DNA from: Octopus vulgaris
Lineage: Eukaryota
NCBI GenBank assembly: GCA_951406725.2
Contig: OX597831.1
Span: 64,356,001 to 64,420,000, forward strand
DNA length: 64,000 bases
Direction: 5' to 3'
Shown one piece after another: positions 12,578 through 23,921 of this stretch. The translations under genes and the position numbers were made by a program. Within the stretch, counting starts at the first letter, position 1; every line of letters starts with the position of its first letter. Under the pieces are notes generated by a model. It saw only the letters and a list, made by a program, of their open reading frames with translations. It was not told the DNA's origin and made no database searches.

Positions 12578-13345
12578 AGGCGGCGAGATGGCAGAAACGT
12601 TAGCACGCCGGGCGAAATGCTTAGAGGTATTTCGCCTGCCGCTACGTTCTGAGTTCAAATTCCGCCGAGGTCGACTTTGCCGTTCATCCCTTCGGGGTCG
12701 ATTAAATAAGCACCAGTTACGCACAGAGGTCGATACAATCGACTTAATCCGTTTGTCTGTCCTTGTTTGTTTCCTCTGTGTTTAGCCCCTTGTGGGTAGT
12801 AAAGAAATGGGTATTTCGTCTGCCATTACGTTCTGAGTTCAGATTCCGCCGAGGTCGACTTTGCCTTTCATCCTTTCGGAGTTGATAAAATCAAGTACCA
12901 GTTACGCACTGGGGTCGATGTAATCGACTTAATACCTTTGTCTGTCCTTGTTTGTCCCCTCTATGTTTAGCCCCTTGAGGGTAATAAAGAAATAGATATT
13001 TCGTCTGCCGCTACGTTCTGAGTTCAAATTCCACCGAGGTCGACTTTGCCCTTCATCCTTTTAGGATCGATTAAATAAGTACCAGTTACGCACTGGGGTC
13101 GATACAATCGACTTAATCCGTTTGTCTGTCCTTGATTGTCCCCTCTGTGTGTAGCCCCTTGTGGGTAGTAAAGAAATAGGTATTTCGTCTGTCCTTACGT
13201 TCTGAGGTCAAATTCCGCTGAGGTCGACTTTGCCTTTCATCCTTTCGCGCTCGATAAATTAAGTACCAGTTGCGTACTGGAGTCGATCTAATCGACTGGC
13301 TCCCTCCCACAAAATTTCGGGCCTTCTGCCTTAGAGTAGAAACGA
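12578..13345 (+). mobile_element. Head-to-tail concatemer of SINE family A (one full unit and three 5'-truncated units)
   Basis: Units restart at tatttcgtctg right after the aaagaaat tail. Confidence 0.9.
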
Positions 13346-13496
13346 TTATTTGCTTTGTTTATTCATTTTATTTATTTATTTATTTATTTTCTGTTTGGTG
13401 GCTTGTCTTGCCCCGTTCAATTTATTTTTCCATAGTTGGAGGGAGAGGTTTCTGTTAAAAGGCGGGTCATTGCTGACATCATATTACATAGAGAAA

Positions 13497-13727
13497 GGGC
13501 GGCGAGCTGGCAGAAACGTTAGCACGCCGAGTGAAATGCGTTGCCGTTTTTCGTCTGCCGTTACGTTCTTAGTTCAGATTCTGCCGAGGTCGACTTTGCC
13601 TTTCATCCTTTCGGGGTCGATAAATTAAGTACCAGTTACGCACTGGTGTCGATGTAATCGACTTGATCCGTTTGTCTGTCCTTGTTTGTCCCCTCTATGT
13701 TTATCCCCTTGTGGGTAATAAAGAAAC
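13497..13727 (+). mobile_element. SINE family A, full length
   Basis: ggcggcgagctggcagaaacgttagc head to tgtgggtaataaagaaa tail; flanks catattacatag / catattacgtag resemble a TSD. Confidence 0.9.
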
Positions 13728-13929
13728 ATATTACGTAGTGAAATAAAAATGGAAATATTTTCAAAAAAATCTTATCCATTACAGAACAGACTTCTAAATA
13801 GATTAATAAAAATACCTGAACAGAATAAAATCCAAAATGAATATTGTTTATGTCTATTACACTTGGAATGTATACACAACTCTCGAAGAAAATTCAAGCA
13901 CACTCGAACAAGTCAGCAATCAAAAGATA

Positions 13930-14368
13930 GGATCTTTTCGGTTTGAACGGCAGTTTTTTAACATAATTTCCACGTAACTAAACACTTTTAAACTTCGTAT
14001 ACTGGTAGAATGTGTTTATAAAACATCTTTTGCTCTCGGCTTTATTGAGAAAATTCTATAGTTTGTAAGATATTTGTTGTTTTTTTTTCTTCAATTTCTG
14101 CAATTTCAACCAATCAATGACGTCTATTGAGATAAGAAACATTCTGTGCTGTATGAATATCTCCCTCATTTAAGAAACAGATTGGGTTTATTTACATTTG
14201 TGAAGAAAAAAAGATACCCTTACCCCCACCCCTAACCCTAAGTAACCATAACTAACCCTAACCCTAAAACAGATTGAAATGCAATAGATCGATACTAGGG
14301 TCATAATTATGGGTGACAATTTCACATGACACCGCTAGAAAAAACTGCCGTTCAAACCGGAAAGATCC
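13930..14368 (-). mobile_element. MITE, GGATC family, copy 4
   Basis: TIRs; perfect TSD aaaagata; CCCTAA repeats. Confidence 0.93.
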
Positions 14369-14379
14369 AAAAGATAAAT

Positions 14380-14860
14380 AAATGATAGAAAAGAAAGTGT
14401 GAAAGACGATTAAAAAGATAGCAGATTGGAAAACTCCTGGAGCCGACGGTGTTCAGAAATTCTGACTTGAAAACTTCACAGGTTATGCACAGTTTCTTAC
14501 TGACTGCATAGAAAATAGAACACCAACATAGATGACAAAAGAAAGGAAGTGTTAATACAAAAAAGGGGAGAGGAGGAGTCAGAAATTATAGGCCTATTAC
14601 AAGTTTACCATTATTCTGGAAAATACAAACTGATATCGTAGCAGATAAAGTGTATGGCTTTCTGGAAGAAGGATAATTAATTGCCAGAAGAGCAAAAAGG
14701 ATAAAGAAAGAAGTCAAAGGGATTTATTGTATATTGATAGCTGATACTTAGTAAAGTACAAATAGGAAAGAACTAAAACTGTTGATTGGATAAACGACAA
14801 ATATGCGATAATGTACCGCTCACTAATGGCTTTTGGCGTATCTGAGAACATGTAGACTTA
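14380..14860 (+). pseudogene. R4/Dong LINE reverse transcriptase relic
   Basis: WKTPGADGV, NYRPITSLPLFWK and LPEEQKG motifs with stops and frameshifts. Confidence 0.7.
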
Positions 14861-15225
14861 ATCAAAAGATTAACGGTTTTGTTTCGTCTTTTTTTTTGTT
14901 TTTTCTTTTTTTTTTCGAGTGTGGCGGGGGAGATTTACTTTCTTTGAGAAGAAAGCAACGAGATCTTGGCGAGAATTTAAGTACGAAAGTAAATCAGTAA
15001 ATCACTAAGAAATATGAAAAATCGGAGGGCAATATTTTAGGGAAACTCGCTCTTTTCATTACCTCTCGTGATTGCATTGGTTCGTCTGACAAGTATACTG
15101 AGAAAATACAGACTTGATTACGAATTTGCTAAGACCAAGGTGAAAATAAATCATCTGATATGTATAGACAAACCGTGGGTGGTGGGGTGTGTATGCGCGC
15201 GCCTGTGTGTGTGTGTGTGTGTGTG

Positions 15226-16339
15226 TGTAGAAGATCAATTTCCTCTGCTTTGCTGAGGACTCGAAACCGAATCCACACACCTGTTGCTTGTCAGGCGAAT
15301 GTCTGATCCTTTGTGTTTGATCCCTATGTTGGGAGATTAATAAGAAACACCTAACCTCCGAAGACCTTCGGAGGTCATGGAAAGGTCAATCTATTGTTTT
15401 AGGTTTGACTTACTTCCTGGTCGACCTTATATAACTGATTGAAAGGTTCGTTTCTCCCTCTTTAGTTATCAACAAGCTGAGAGCGCCTCTTTCTTTCACA
15501 CACACACACACACTCTCTCTCTCTCTTTCTCTCTCTCTCCCTCTCTCGTAGGTTTTCAGTCGTCTAACTGAGGACATAGCATCAACCGGATGGAAAGGGA
15601 CAACGCAAGGATCTTTTCGGTTTGACCGGCAGTTTTTTAAAATAATTTCCACGTAACTAAACACTTTTAAACTTAATATACTGGTAGAATGTGTTTATAA
15701 AACATCTTTTTCTCTTGGCTTTATTGAGAAAATTCTATGGTTTGTAAGATATTTGTTATTGTTTTTTCTTCAATTTCTGCAATTTCAACCAATCAATGAC
15801 GTCTATTGAGGTAAAAACATTCTGTGCCGTATGAATATGTCCCTCGTTTAAGAAACAGATTGGGCTTATTTACATTTGTGAAGAAAAAAAGATACCCTTC
15901 CCCCAACCCCTAACTCTAACCCTAACCCTAAAACAGATTGAAATGCAATAGATCGATACTAGGGTCATAATTATGGGTGACAATTTCATATGACACCGCT
16001 AGAAAAAACTGCCGTTCAAACCGAAAAGATCCCAACGCAATTCTTACCCTTTCTTCCTCTCTGTCAGCAGACTGTAACTTGGCTTCCACACACAGCTTCC
16101 AACATACATTAAGAGTGAGCGTGTTGCAACACCCTATCATTGTCACTACATTTACTATGTCTATAACCACTGCCGGCAAATAAATCTGTGAATATTATTC
16201 TTTTCTTTTTGACGTTGTTATTACGCTGTTTCATCCTATTCGAACATCTACATATAGCGACCCGACGAGGAACAAGAACTAGTATTTCTACATCAAGTAA
16301 CTTTTTATTCGTATGTTACAATTGGTGACTCCGACGTGA
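15226..16339 (+). mobile_element. Probable LTR with tRNA-Trp primer-binding site
   Basis: TGTAG...CTACA ends (15226/16252), TATA-like ttatataa, AATAAA near 16178, TGGTGACTCCGACGTGA at 16323 close to the complement of the tRNA-Trp 3' end. Confidence 0.5.
15609..16032 (-). mobile_element. MITE, GGATC family, copy 5
   Basis: TIRs; perfect TSD caacgcaa. Confidence 0.93.
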
Positions 16340-16553
16340 GAATTCCACATCCATACATTTAGCGACCTCGACATAAGAAACATATCTTACTGTTACATCT
16401 AGCGATCCCTGCTGTACTCTTTCGCCACAACTTTCTCTCGCTCTTTCTTCTGTTGGTCGGCTCGCTTAGCCAGCGGGGTGGCGTTATTTGCGAAGCGCAG
16501 TGACCAGCGATGATAGCCTGGTCGGTCACGGTGATCACGGTGATATATATATA

Positions 16554-16625
<72 letters not shown>

Positions 16626-16693
16626 TATATATATATATATACATTTAAATATATACATGTATATATGCATATATTTAAACGTAGGACACCGTA

Positions 16694-17365
16694 ATGGTAT
16701 CCTACGCCAACTCTGCTAATTTAGAGCAGCTTATGCATCGCATATGCAATAGCAAAATGCGGCAATGTTTCAATAACCCATCTACTGGATCAAGCGAACA
16801 CATGCATCTAAATACCAACCAAAGAGATGTAAACCGCAATGATAAACACCAATTACGGCCAAATCGCAGTAGTAGAAATACTTATGATACAGATAACACG
16901 GTAACAACGTGAGTAAATGGAGTCGGGACTGCCTTATATACAAATAAATACGATAAATGCTCATGCAGAGAAAAATCAAAATGTCCTTTGGTAAATCACT
17001 GTATGAGTACAAATCTTGTATATAAATGTACCGTGCACACAAGGGGAGGGCCGTATGTTTACATTGGGCAGACGGCTGATTCATTTAAGAATCGTTGTCA
17101 TAACCATGTCACCAGCTTTAAGATACTCAATAAGATACATTCAACATCTTTGGCAGATTTTGTATGGCAACTGAAGGAGGATAAAATGAAGTACAGCATA
17201 ACTTAAACCATAGTAAGGTATACGAAACCATGCAATATAATTTCCAAGAGATGCCGTCTCTACTCCGAGTAATCCCTGTCTATTCTGTGGACTAACTAGA
17301 AGATTATTAATAGAATTTCTGAAAGTCTCTCGGGATGCCTACACGCATATAAATGTACTTTCGCA
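16694..17365 (+). pseudogene. Penelope-like GIY-YIG endonuclease relic
   Basis: LVYKCTV..YVYIGQT..FKNR..NH..SF..STSLADFVWQLK motif, preceded by an SY..N linker; internal stops. Confidence 0.8.
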
Positions 17366-17806
17366 CAATGCAGTGGGAATGATATGACTTCCCCTGTTTC
17401 ATTACCAATGGTATGCTAGTGGCGACCCCTTAATTGTCAGCTAAATCTTGTTTTAAGTTTTCCTTTACCTAACCTCATGATATTGCTTCTAATAAATCTT
17501 GATTTTTATTACTATACCAACTATGATTTCTGTCTGCTCCCTCAGCCCTACCCCTAACAGATACTGCTCTTTGTTCTCTCAGGATTTTATAAACTAGTCT
17601 ATAAATTAAAACTGACCCCATAAAAACAAAAAAATCAGTGACAGGCAGAGTCTGTAACAAAGTATATCTTCTTGATAACTTAGTAACTTCTATACGGGAG
17701 TGAAGCCAGCATGTTCTTTGTCTATCTCCTTAACTTCTTGGAGATTTTAGCTATAATTATATTTATGTGTCCATCTGTTCTAATTTAATTAAATTCTATG
17801 TCTTTG

Positions 17807-17893
17807 TGCAGCCGAGGATTGCTCTGCATTTTAAATTGATGTAATGATTGCATTGTTCAATTAAATGGAATTGCATGAAACGCTCGTACTGCA
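17807..17893 (+). ncRNA. Type I hammerhead ribozyme variant
   Basis: Stem I TGCAG/CTGCA, core CCGAGGA, long stem II, GAAAC-GCTC-GTA; lies 3' of the GIY-YIG relic. Confidence 0.55.
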
Positions 17894-18074
17894 ATACCTC
17901 TGGATATCCTTATTGCATATATATATATACATATATATATATATGTGTGCGTGTGTGTGTGTGTGTGAGTGTGTGTGTGTGTGCGTGCGTGCGTATGTAT
18001 GTATGTATGTATGTATGTATGTATGTATGTATGTATGTATGTATGTATGTATGTATGCATGCATGTATGTAGAA

Positions 18075-18392
18075 AGGCGCGTGGCTTAGTGGCTAGGGCA
18101 TTCAGCTCACGATTGTAAGGTCGTGAGTTTGATTCCCGACGACGCGCTGTGTCCTTGAGCAAGACACTTTATTTCACGTTGCTCCAGTTCACTCAGCTGG
18201 CAAAAATGAGTTGTACCTGTATTTCAAAGGGCTGGCCTTGTCACACTCTGTGTCACGCTGAATCTCCCTAAGAACTACGTTAGGGGTACGCGTGTCTGTG
18301 GAGTGCTCAATCATTTGCACGTTAATTTCACGAGCAGGCTGTTCCGTTGATCGTATCAGCTGGGACCCTCGTCGTCGTGACCGACGGAGTGG
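18075..18392 (+). mobile_element. tRNA-derived SINE, family D
   Basis: tggcttagtggctagg box A, gagtttgattccc box B, gtgtccttgagcaagacacttt core; related copies at 38322-38650 (-) and 49011-49342 (+). Confidence 0.85.
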
Positions 18393-18395
18393 TCC

Positions 18396-18461
<66 letters not shown>

Positions 18462-18775
18462 ATGTATGTATGTATGTATGTATGTATGTATGTATGTATG
18501 TATGTATGTATGTATGTATGTATGTATGTATGTATGTATGTATGTATGTATGTATGTATGTATGTCACCAATGTATCATATATCCGAAAAAGAAGCATAC
18601 TCTATTGCATAGAGCAATTATGTCCAGCCATAGAGTGACCAATGGTTTCGTATCCATAAAGAGCTTAACCTCATGGACGTCCCGTCAGACTTTAAAGCCG
18701 AAGACAAATATAACTCTTCACCTCTGGGAGGCAGGAATCCGTAGTAGCAGGAATCTGTTCCTGCTGCTGCTGCTG

Positions 18776-18852
<77 letters not shown>

Positions 18853-18859
18853 TAGAAAT

Positions 18860-19560
18860 TAAACCTGCTGGCTTTGGTTAACGGACGAGATCTTGAAACA
18901 AGAAATAGAAACGTTAATTACTGCCGCTCAGGAGCAAGCCCTTAGAACTAACGCAAAGATCGACAAAACTCAGTCAGACAGCAAATGTATAATCTGCAGG
19001 AAAGGAAACGAGAGTATCGATCACATTTTCAGTGAGTGCTGTATAGAAGCACAAAAGGAGTACAAGTGCAGGCATGACTGTATAGGCAAAAGAGTGCAGT
19101 AGGTTGATAGTCGAGTATATGGCTTCAGAACAATAGAAAAGTGGTTTGAATACAAACTAGAGGCTGTAGTAGAAAATGAGAATTACAAGAGCTTGTGGGA
19201 CTTCGCCATAAAGGCTGAACATACTATTCAGGAAAGAAGACCAGACATGAGTATAGAGGACAAAATAAACAAACAGTGCAAGATAAGAGATTTTGTAATT
19301 CCCTATAACAGCAGAGTCGATACCAAAGAAATAGAAAATATTGAGAAATACCAGGATCTAGCCAGAGAACTGAGGAGACCGTGGCAGACCAGGACAGTAA
19401 TTATTCGTGTAGTAATAGGCACACTTGGCACAACACCCAAAATGCTGTCTTAAAGACAGAAAGAAATTGGCATTGAAACTCGCATTGCCGACATGCAGAA
19501 AATTACCGTCCTATATTCTGCAAAAATCCGAAGAAAGATTCTTGAGATTTGAGGAGACTT
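18860..19560 (+). pseudogene. R4/Dong LINE 3' part (CCHC and restriction-like endonuclease)
   Basis: AAQEQALRT, CIIC..ESIDHIFSEC, RRPD, KYQDLAREL motifs. Confidence 0.85.
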
Positions 19561-19619
19561 GTTGTTACCAATCCTCAAGAGAAGAACACATGATCTATTA
19601 TACATAGACAGTTCTAAAT

Positions 19620-19921
19620 GAAGTAAAATCTAGAAAGAAAAATCTAAAATATCATGGATAGATTATAACAAAGCCTATGACATGATCCCACATTCATGGA
19701 TAAGTAAATGTTTGAGTGTATTCAGTATAGCAGAAAACATAAGAGAATTAATTAACAACAGCATGAAGAAATGGAAAGTAGATCTTTACTCAGGTGACAC
19801 AGTCTTTGGGAAAGTTGATATCAAGAGAAGAATTTCCCAATGCGACTCGTTATCCTCTTCAATCTTTGATACCCCTCAGTCTAATATTAAAGAAGGCAAA
19901 GACAGAGTATCACTTCAGAAA
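19620..19921 (+). pseudogene. R4/Dong RT fragment split by a mariner; resumes near 22939
   Basis: SWIDYNKAYDMIPHSWI and RISQCDSLS motifs; degenerate YMDD-region tatgtggaaaatataaactc after the mariner. Confidence 0.75.
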
Positions 19922-20071
19922 TATTAAGTCATCCCGTAAATAATGCGGGTTTTATTTAGTATTAAGTCATCCCATAAATAATGCGGGTTTTTTTAATATT
20001 AAGTCATCCCACAAATAATGCGGTTTTTTAATACTTTTATTTTTCAAAATTAAGATAAACAAAGTTCTCTT

Positions 20072-21058
20072 TTAATCTATAATATACTCTCCTTCATTTT
20101 CTGCAATTCTCTTCCATCTATCTGGTGGGCTTGCAAGGCTCCTCTTCCAAAATTCACTTGTCCGTGACGAAAAATACTCCTTTAGTGCTGTTCTGAGCCC
20201 GTCTATAGAATTCATATTTTTTCCGACCGAATGATTTTGAAGACGGCGGAATAAATGATAATCAGATGGAGCAATGTCCGGCGAATATGGTTTGTGGGCC
20301 ATCGTTTCCCATTCAAGCTGATCCAGCCTTTGGAATGTCATCTTCGCTGTATGTGGCCGAGTAGTATCCTGATGGAAGAACACCTTTCGTCTTGAAAACG
20401 AAGATGGTCGTTTTTCTTCTAGCGCTAACTTAGGCTACTCCAACTGCGCACAGTAGAACTCCTTTGTTATCGTTTGGTTTGAGTTTTAAAGTTCAAAGCA
20501 GACTAAACCTTTCATATTTCACCAAATAGAAAACAATACCTTCTTTAGCCGGTGCTTCTCCTTTCCCTACACACTGTCTTTTATAAAGACCCATTTCTCG
20601 TTACCATTCAGGATTCGCTCCAAAAAAGGTTCATTCGTGAGACGTGACAGCAAAGAAGGGCACACATTCACTCTCTGCGCACGATTAGACTCGAAAAGTT
20701 TGTGAGGAACCCATTGACCCAATTTGCTGACTTTTCCGATGGCACGCAGGTGTCGATGAATGGTTGAATGACCAAATCCAAGCTTCTCCGCTAGTTCCTC
20801 AACAGTTACGATAGGATTTTGTTCCACTAGGGTTTGCAGGACGTCCTCGTCGAGCTCTACAGATGTCCCAGGAGGAGGCTCATCTTCTAGGCTGTAGTTT
20901 CCGGCTCGGAATTTCTGGAATTACCATTGACGCTGGCTTACACTTATTGTCCAATCTCCATATACTGCATTAACATTCCTCGCACTTTCCGTTGCGTTGT
21001 TGCCTTTATTGAACTCATAAAGCAAAATATGCCGAATATGCTCCTTTGTCACTTCCAG
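20072..21058 (-). pseudogene. Mariner DD34D transposase
   Basis: WVPHKL, NGNEKW, HQDTTRPH and YSPDIAPSDYHLF motifs; frameshifted. Confidence 0.9.
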
Positions 21059-21124
21059 TATAGCTTTGAAAAAGTAACTGTAAAAATCGAACTGCGTTCT
21101 TCAAAACCTGCACTAAGAATAAGG

Positions 21125-22808
21125 TGATTTTTTAATACCCACAAGGAGCGACATAGAGGGGACAATATAAGGACATGTGGGGACATATAACAAATGAAAA
21201 AAACAAAAGCGTATGTTACAATGAATGACAAAATTAAAATGGAAGATGAAATGAAGTTTTCTCAGCCCCCACCTCTGAGTTACTTCATTTTTACCTTTGT
21301 TCGTTTTTTTTCTTTTTGTACTTGGTGCCTTCCAAGATGTCGAAACCGTACTCCTTTAGTAAATGCGTGTAATCCATGTTCCATGGTAATTTTAGAATAT
21401 CTAGTTCGACTTCCCACATTTTAGATCCTCCTTTGAATTCTATAACCTTTTCCCTCTGCTCCTCGTCCAACAACAGGCAACAATGCCACCCTTGCACGTT
21501 GTTGAACTTGCGAGTGTCCACCACTCATATTTTTCCACTTTTTTATTTCTTCACAGAGGCCCTTTTTAGTATTGTCATACATAATTGCAAAGTTACTTTT
21601 TTTCTTTTTTTTTCGGGAGGTGGGGAGGTTGGTCGACTTGTGTCTGTATTTGTTTTTGTGTTGGAGGGGGCGGGTAGGTTCAGTGTCTGCAGGGAGCGGG
21701 TGGAAGGAAGAGGGTGTGAGGTGGGGTTCTTTATTTATTTGACCTGCTTTCGTACTTTTTCTTTTCCTTTTCTTCCCTGGTGTCACTCATTCGCCTTCTG
21801 TTCCGCTTTCTTCTTCTTCTTCTTCTTCTTCTTCTTCTTCTTCTTCTTCTTCTTCTTCTTCTGCTTCTGCTGGTGGTGGTGGTATTTTTTTCCTTTTCTC
21901 TTGCCGATTCTTCCTTTCCCTTCTTGTCTTTTAGAGGGTAGTTTGCTCTAATGTGGCCTTTCTGGCCACACTTGTAGCATTTGGGAATCCTGCCCTCTAC
22001 TCTAACTACCATTATTGTGTCGTCAAACGATATTGTTTCCGGCAACCCTTCTATTATTTCCTTCGGTCCTTGTATCACCAAGTTTAGGGATTGCTCTTTC
22101 CAGTTTCTTGTTTCCGTCTTAGTGGCCTAGAGAACCGCTATCTCTTCCTCGTTACCGATCAAGACAACGGCTGCTATCCAGGCCACGTCGATGTCTGGGG
22201 GCATTCCCTCTACACTGACCCTTATTGCACGTCTTCCACGATATATCGGCAACATCACCACTTCATCGGTTTTTAATATTGTTGCTGCGTTCAAATTTGC
22301 AACGGTTGCATCCTTAAATCGAACTTCGATTGTTCCGAATTTACTCCCTCTTGTTAGGTACTTGATTTCCTTCCAGACTGGCCTTAGTGCTTTCTCCACT
22401 TGATTCGTCATCATTTCGTTAATTCTTCCTGCGGCTACTGAGTATGTTTTGTATACTACCGTACATTCCATCCTATTTATTATTACATCCATTGGCGCTG
22501 TCACTTCCACTTTAGTTCCTTCCCTTTTCATCATTTTTGAGTAGTCCTTCCACTCGATCCATTCCATATTGCGTTCTGCTACCTTTGCCACCTCTGCGAA
22601 GCTTCTATCTTGCCTTGCTTGAAAATCTGATGTCTTCCATTTTTATACATGGCCAACCCTCCTCTATGAGGAGGAAAAGCACAGCCAGACTGCCATAAGG
22701 AAGCAAAACCTAAAGTGTTCAGCGAACACTACAACAATTCAAACAACAGTACAACAATATTTAAAGAACAATACAACAGCAATACGAACCAAACTCTTCA
22801 AAAATGTG
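21125..22808 (-). mobile_element. ORF1-only non-LTR retroelement (HAL1-like) with CCHC zinc knuckle
   Basis: TSD ctaagaataagg; SFAEVA motif; CYKCGQKGHIRAN knuckle; no EN or RT coding; 3' tail similar to SINE family A. Confidence 0.7.
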
Positions 22809-23870
22809 CTAAGAATAAGGACAAGGTAAAATTATTACCTGCTTTTATAGCAAGTTGATTCAGGTAGTTTATCCTGCCCCATCCGACTTTTAATTCATGC
22901 AACTGAAAAAACCGCATTATTTATGGGATGACCCAATATTAGTTTGCTTATGTGGAAAATATAAACTCTTCATGATTTCCATTTATATTATGTAGCTTTA
23001 AATAAATTTGATCATAGACCAATATCAAGCTATATTATTTGTATTATGTTGCTCCCTATAAATTTGAACATAAAACTCCTGTCTTAAGAAACTCTGAAAA
23101 TGTCATCCTAAATGAAGAAACTTGCTAAAGATACAAGCTTTGCAAATTAATTCCTTACTCTCTGGAAATGAATTTAACTTTTCAAAGTGCGAGTAAAAAG
23201 TGTCCCTAAAGATCTGAACAGATGGATATAGGAAATAAGCATAAACCCCAGTTTAGTACAGCTCCAAAAAACAGTGTTATTGGGACAGCTGGGATACTTA
23301 GGAGAGTTCTTGACATCTAAAGTTACTTGTTGTAGCCCGATGTTAGGAATTTTTTTTTCCAGCAGTCTAATCTGTTGTGCATATATGAATAATAATCTTG
23401 GTATAAAAGATGAGCTCCAGCAAATATGTTGCTCTATACCACAGATTTGCTTGTCAGTTGTTTGACCTTAACCAGTTGAGCATGTCCCTTAGTGGCTAAC
23501 GATATGTGCATCTCTGATCACGGGCAGAAGTAGTGGGGGAGCATCATAGCCATGTTTTGAAAGGGATTCTTTGGGGTTTGAATAATTCACCTCTGGAAAC
23601 ATGGGTATTTTGTTCAACATCCTTAAACAACCCTTATTCACGGACCTTTTGAGTGGGATGGACTACTCGACCAGAAGAAAATTCTAACTGGGCCCCATCT
23701 GCAAGGTCATGTGCTGTTTATCTTGATATGAGATCATCATGTCGCGCACACATGGTTGTGATGCATGTGCCTGGTGTACCCTTATCAGACGGATAGTCAT
23801 GATGGGTATACTGAGCTTCGTATATTTTTACCCCAGTGTCACTTTGATGTCATGCACTGCTTTCTCACTC

Positions 23871-23919
<49 letters not shown>

Positions 23920-23921
<2 letters not shown>

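Larger units (their letters stand above)
19922..22938 (-). mobile_element. Mariner transposon with triplicated left TIR, carrying a 1.7-kb retroelement insert
   Basis: TIR TT(A/G)(A/G)GTCATCCCATAAATAATGCGG flanked by TA. Confidence 0.9.

Noticed and set aside
12578-13345. CRISPR-like or satellite array
   Set aside because: Units are ~185-bp SINE bodies with no unique spacers; eukaryotic context.
15250-15275. CTGAGGA-CTC-GAAAC hammerhead-like string
   Set aside because: No stem II and no stem I pairing.
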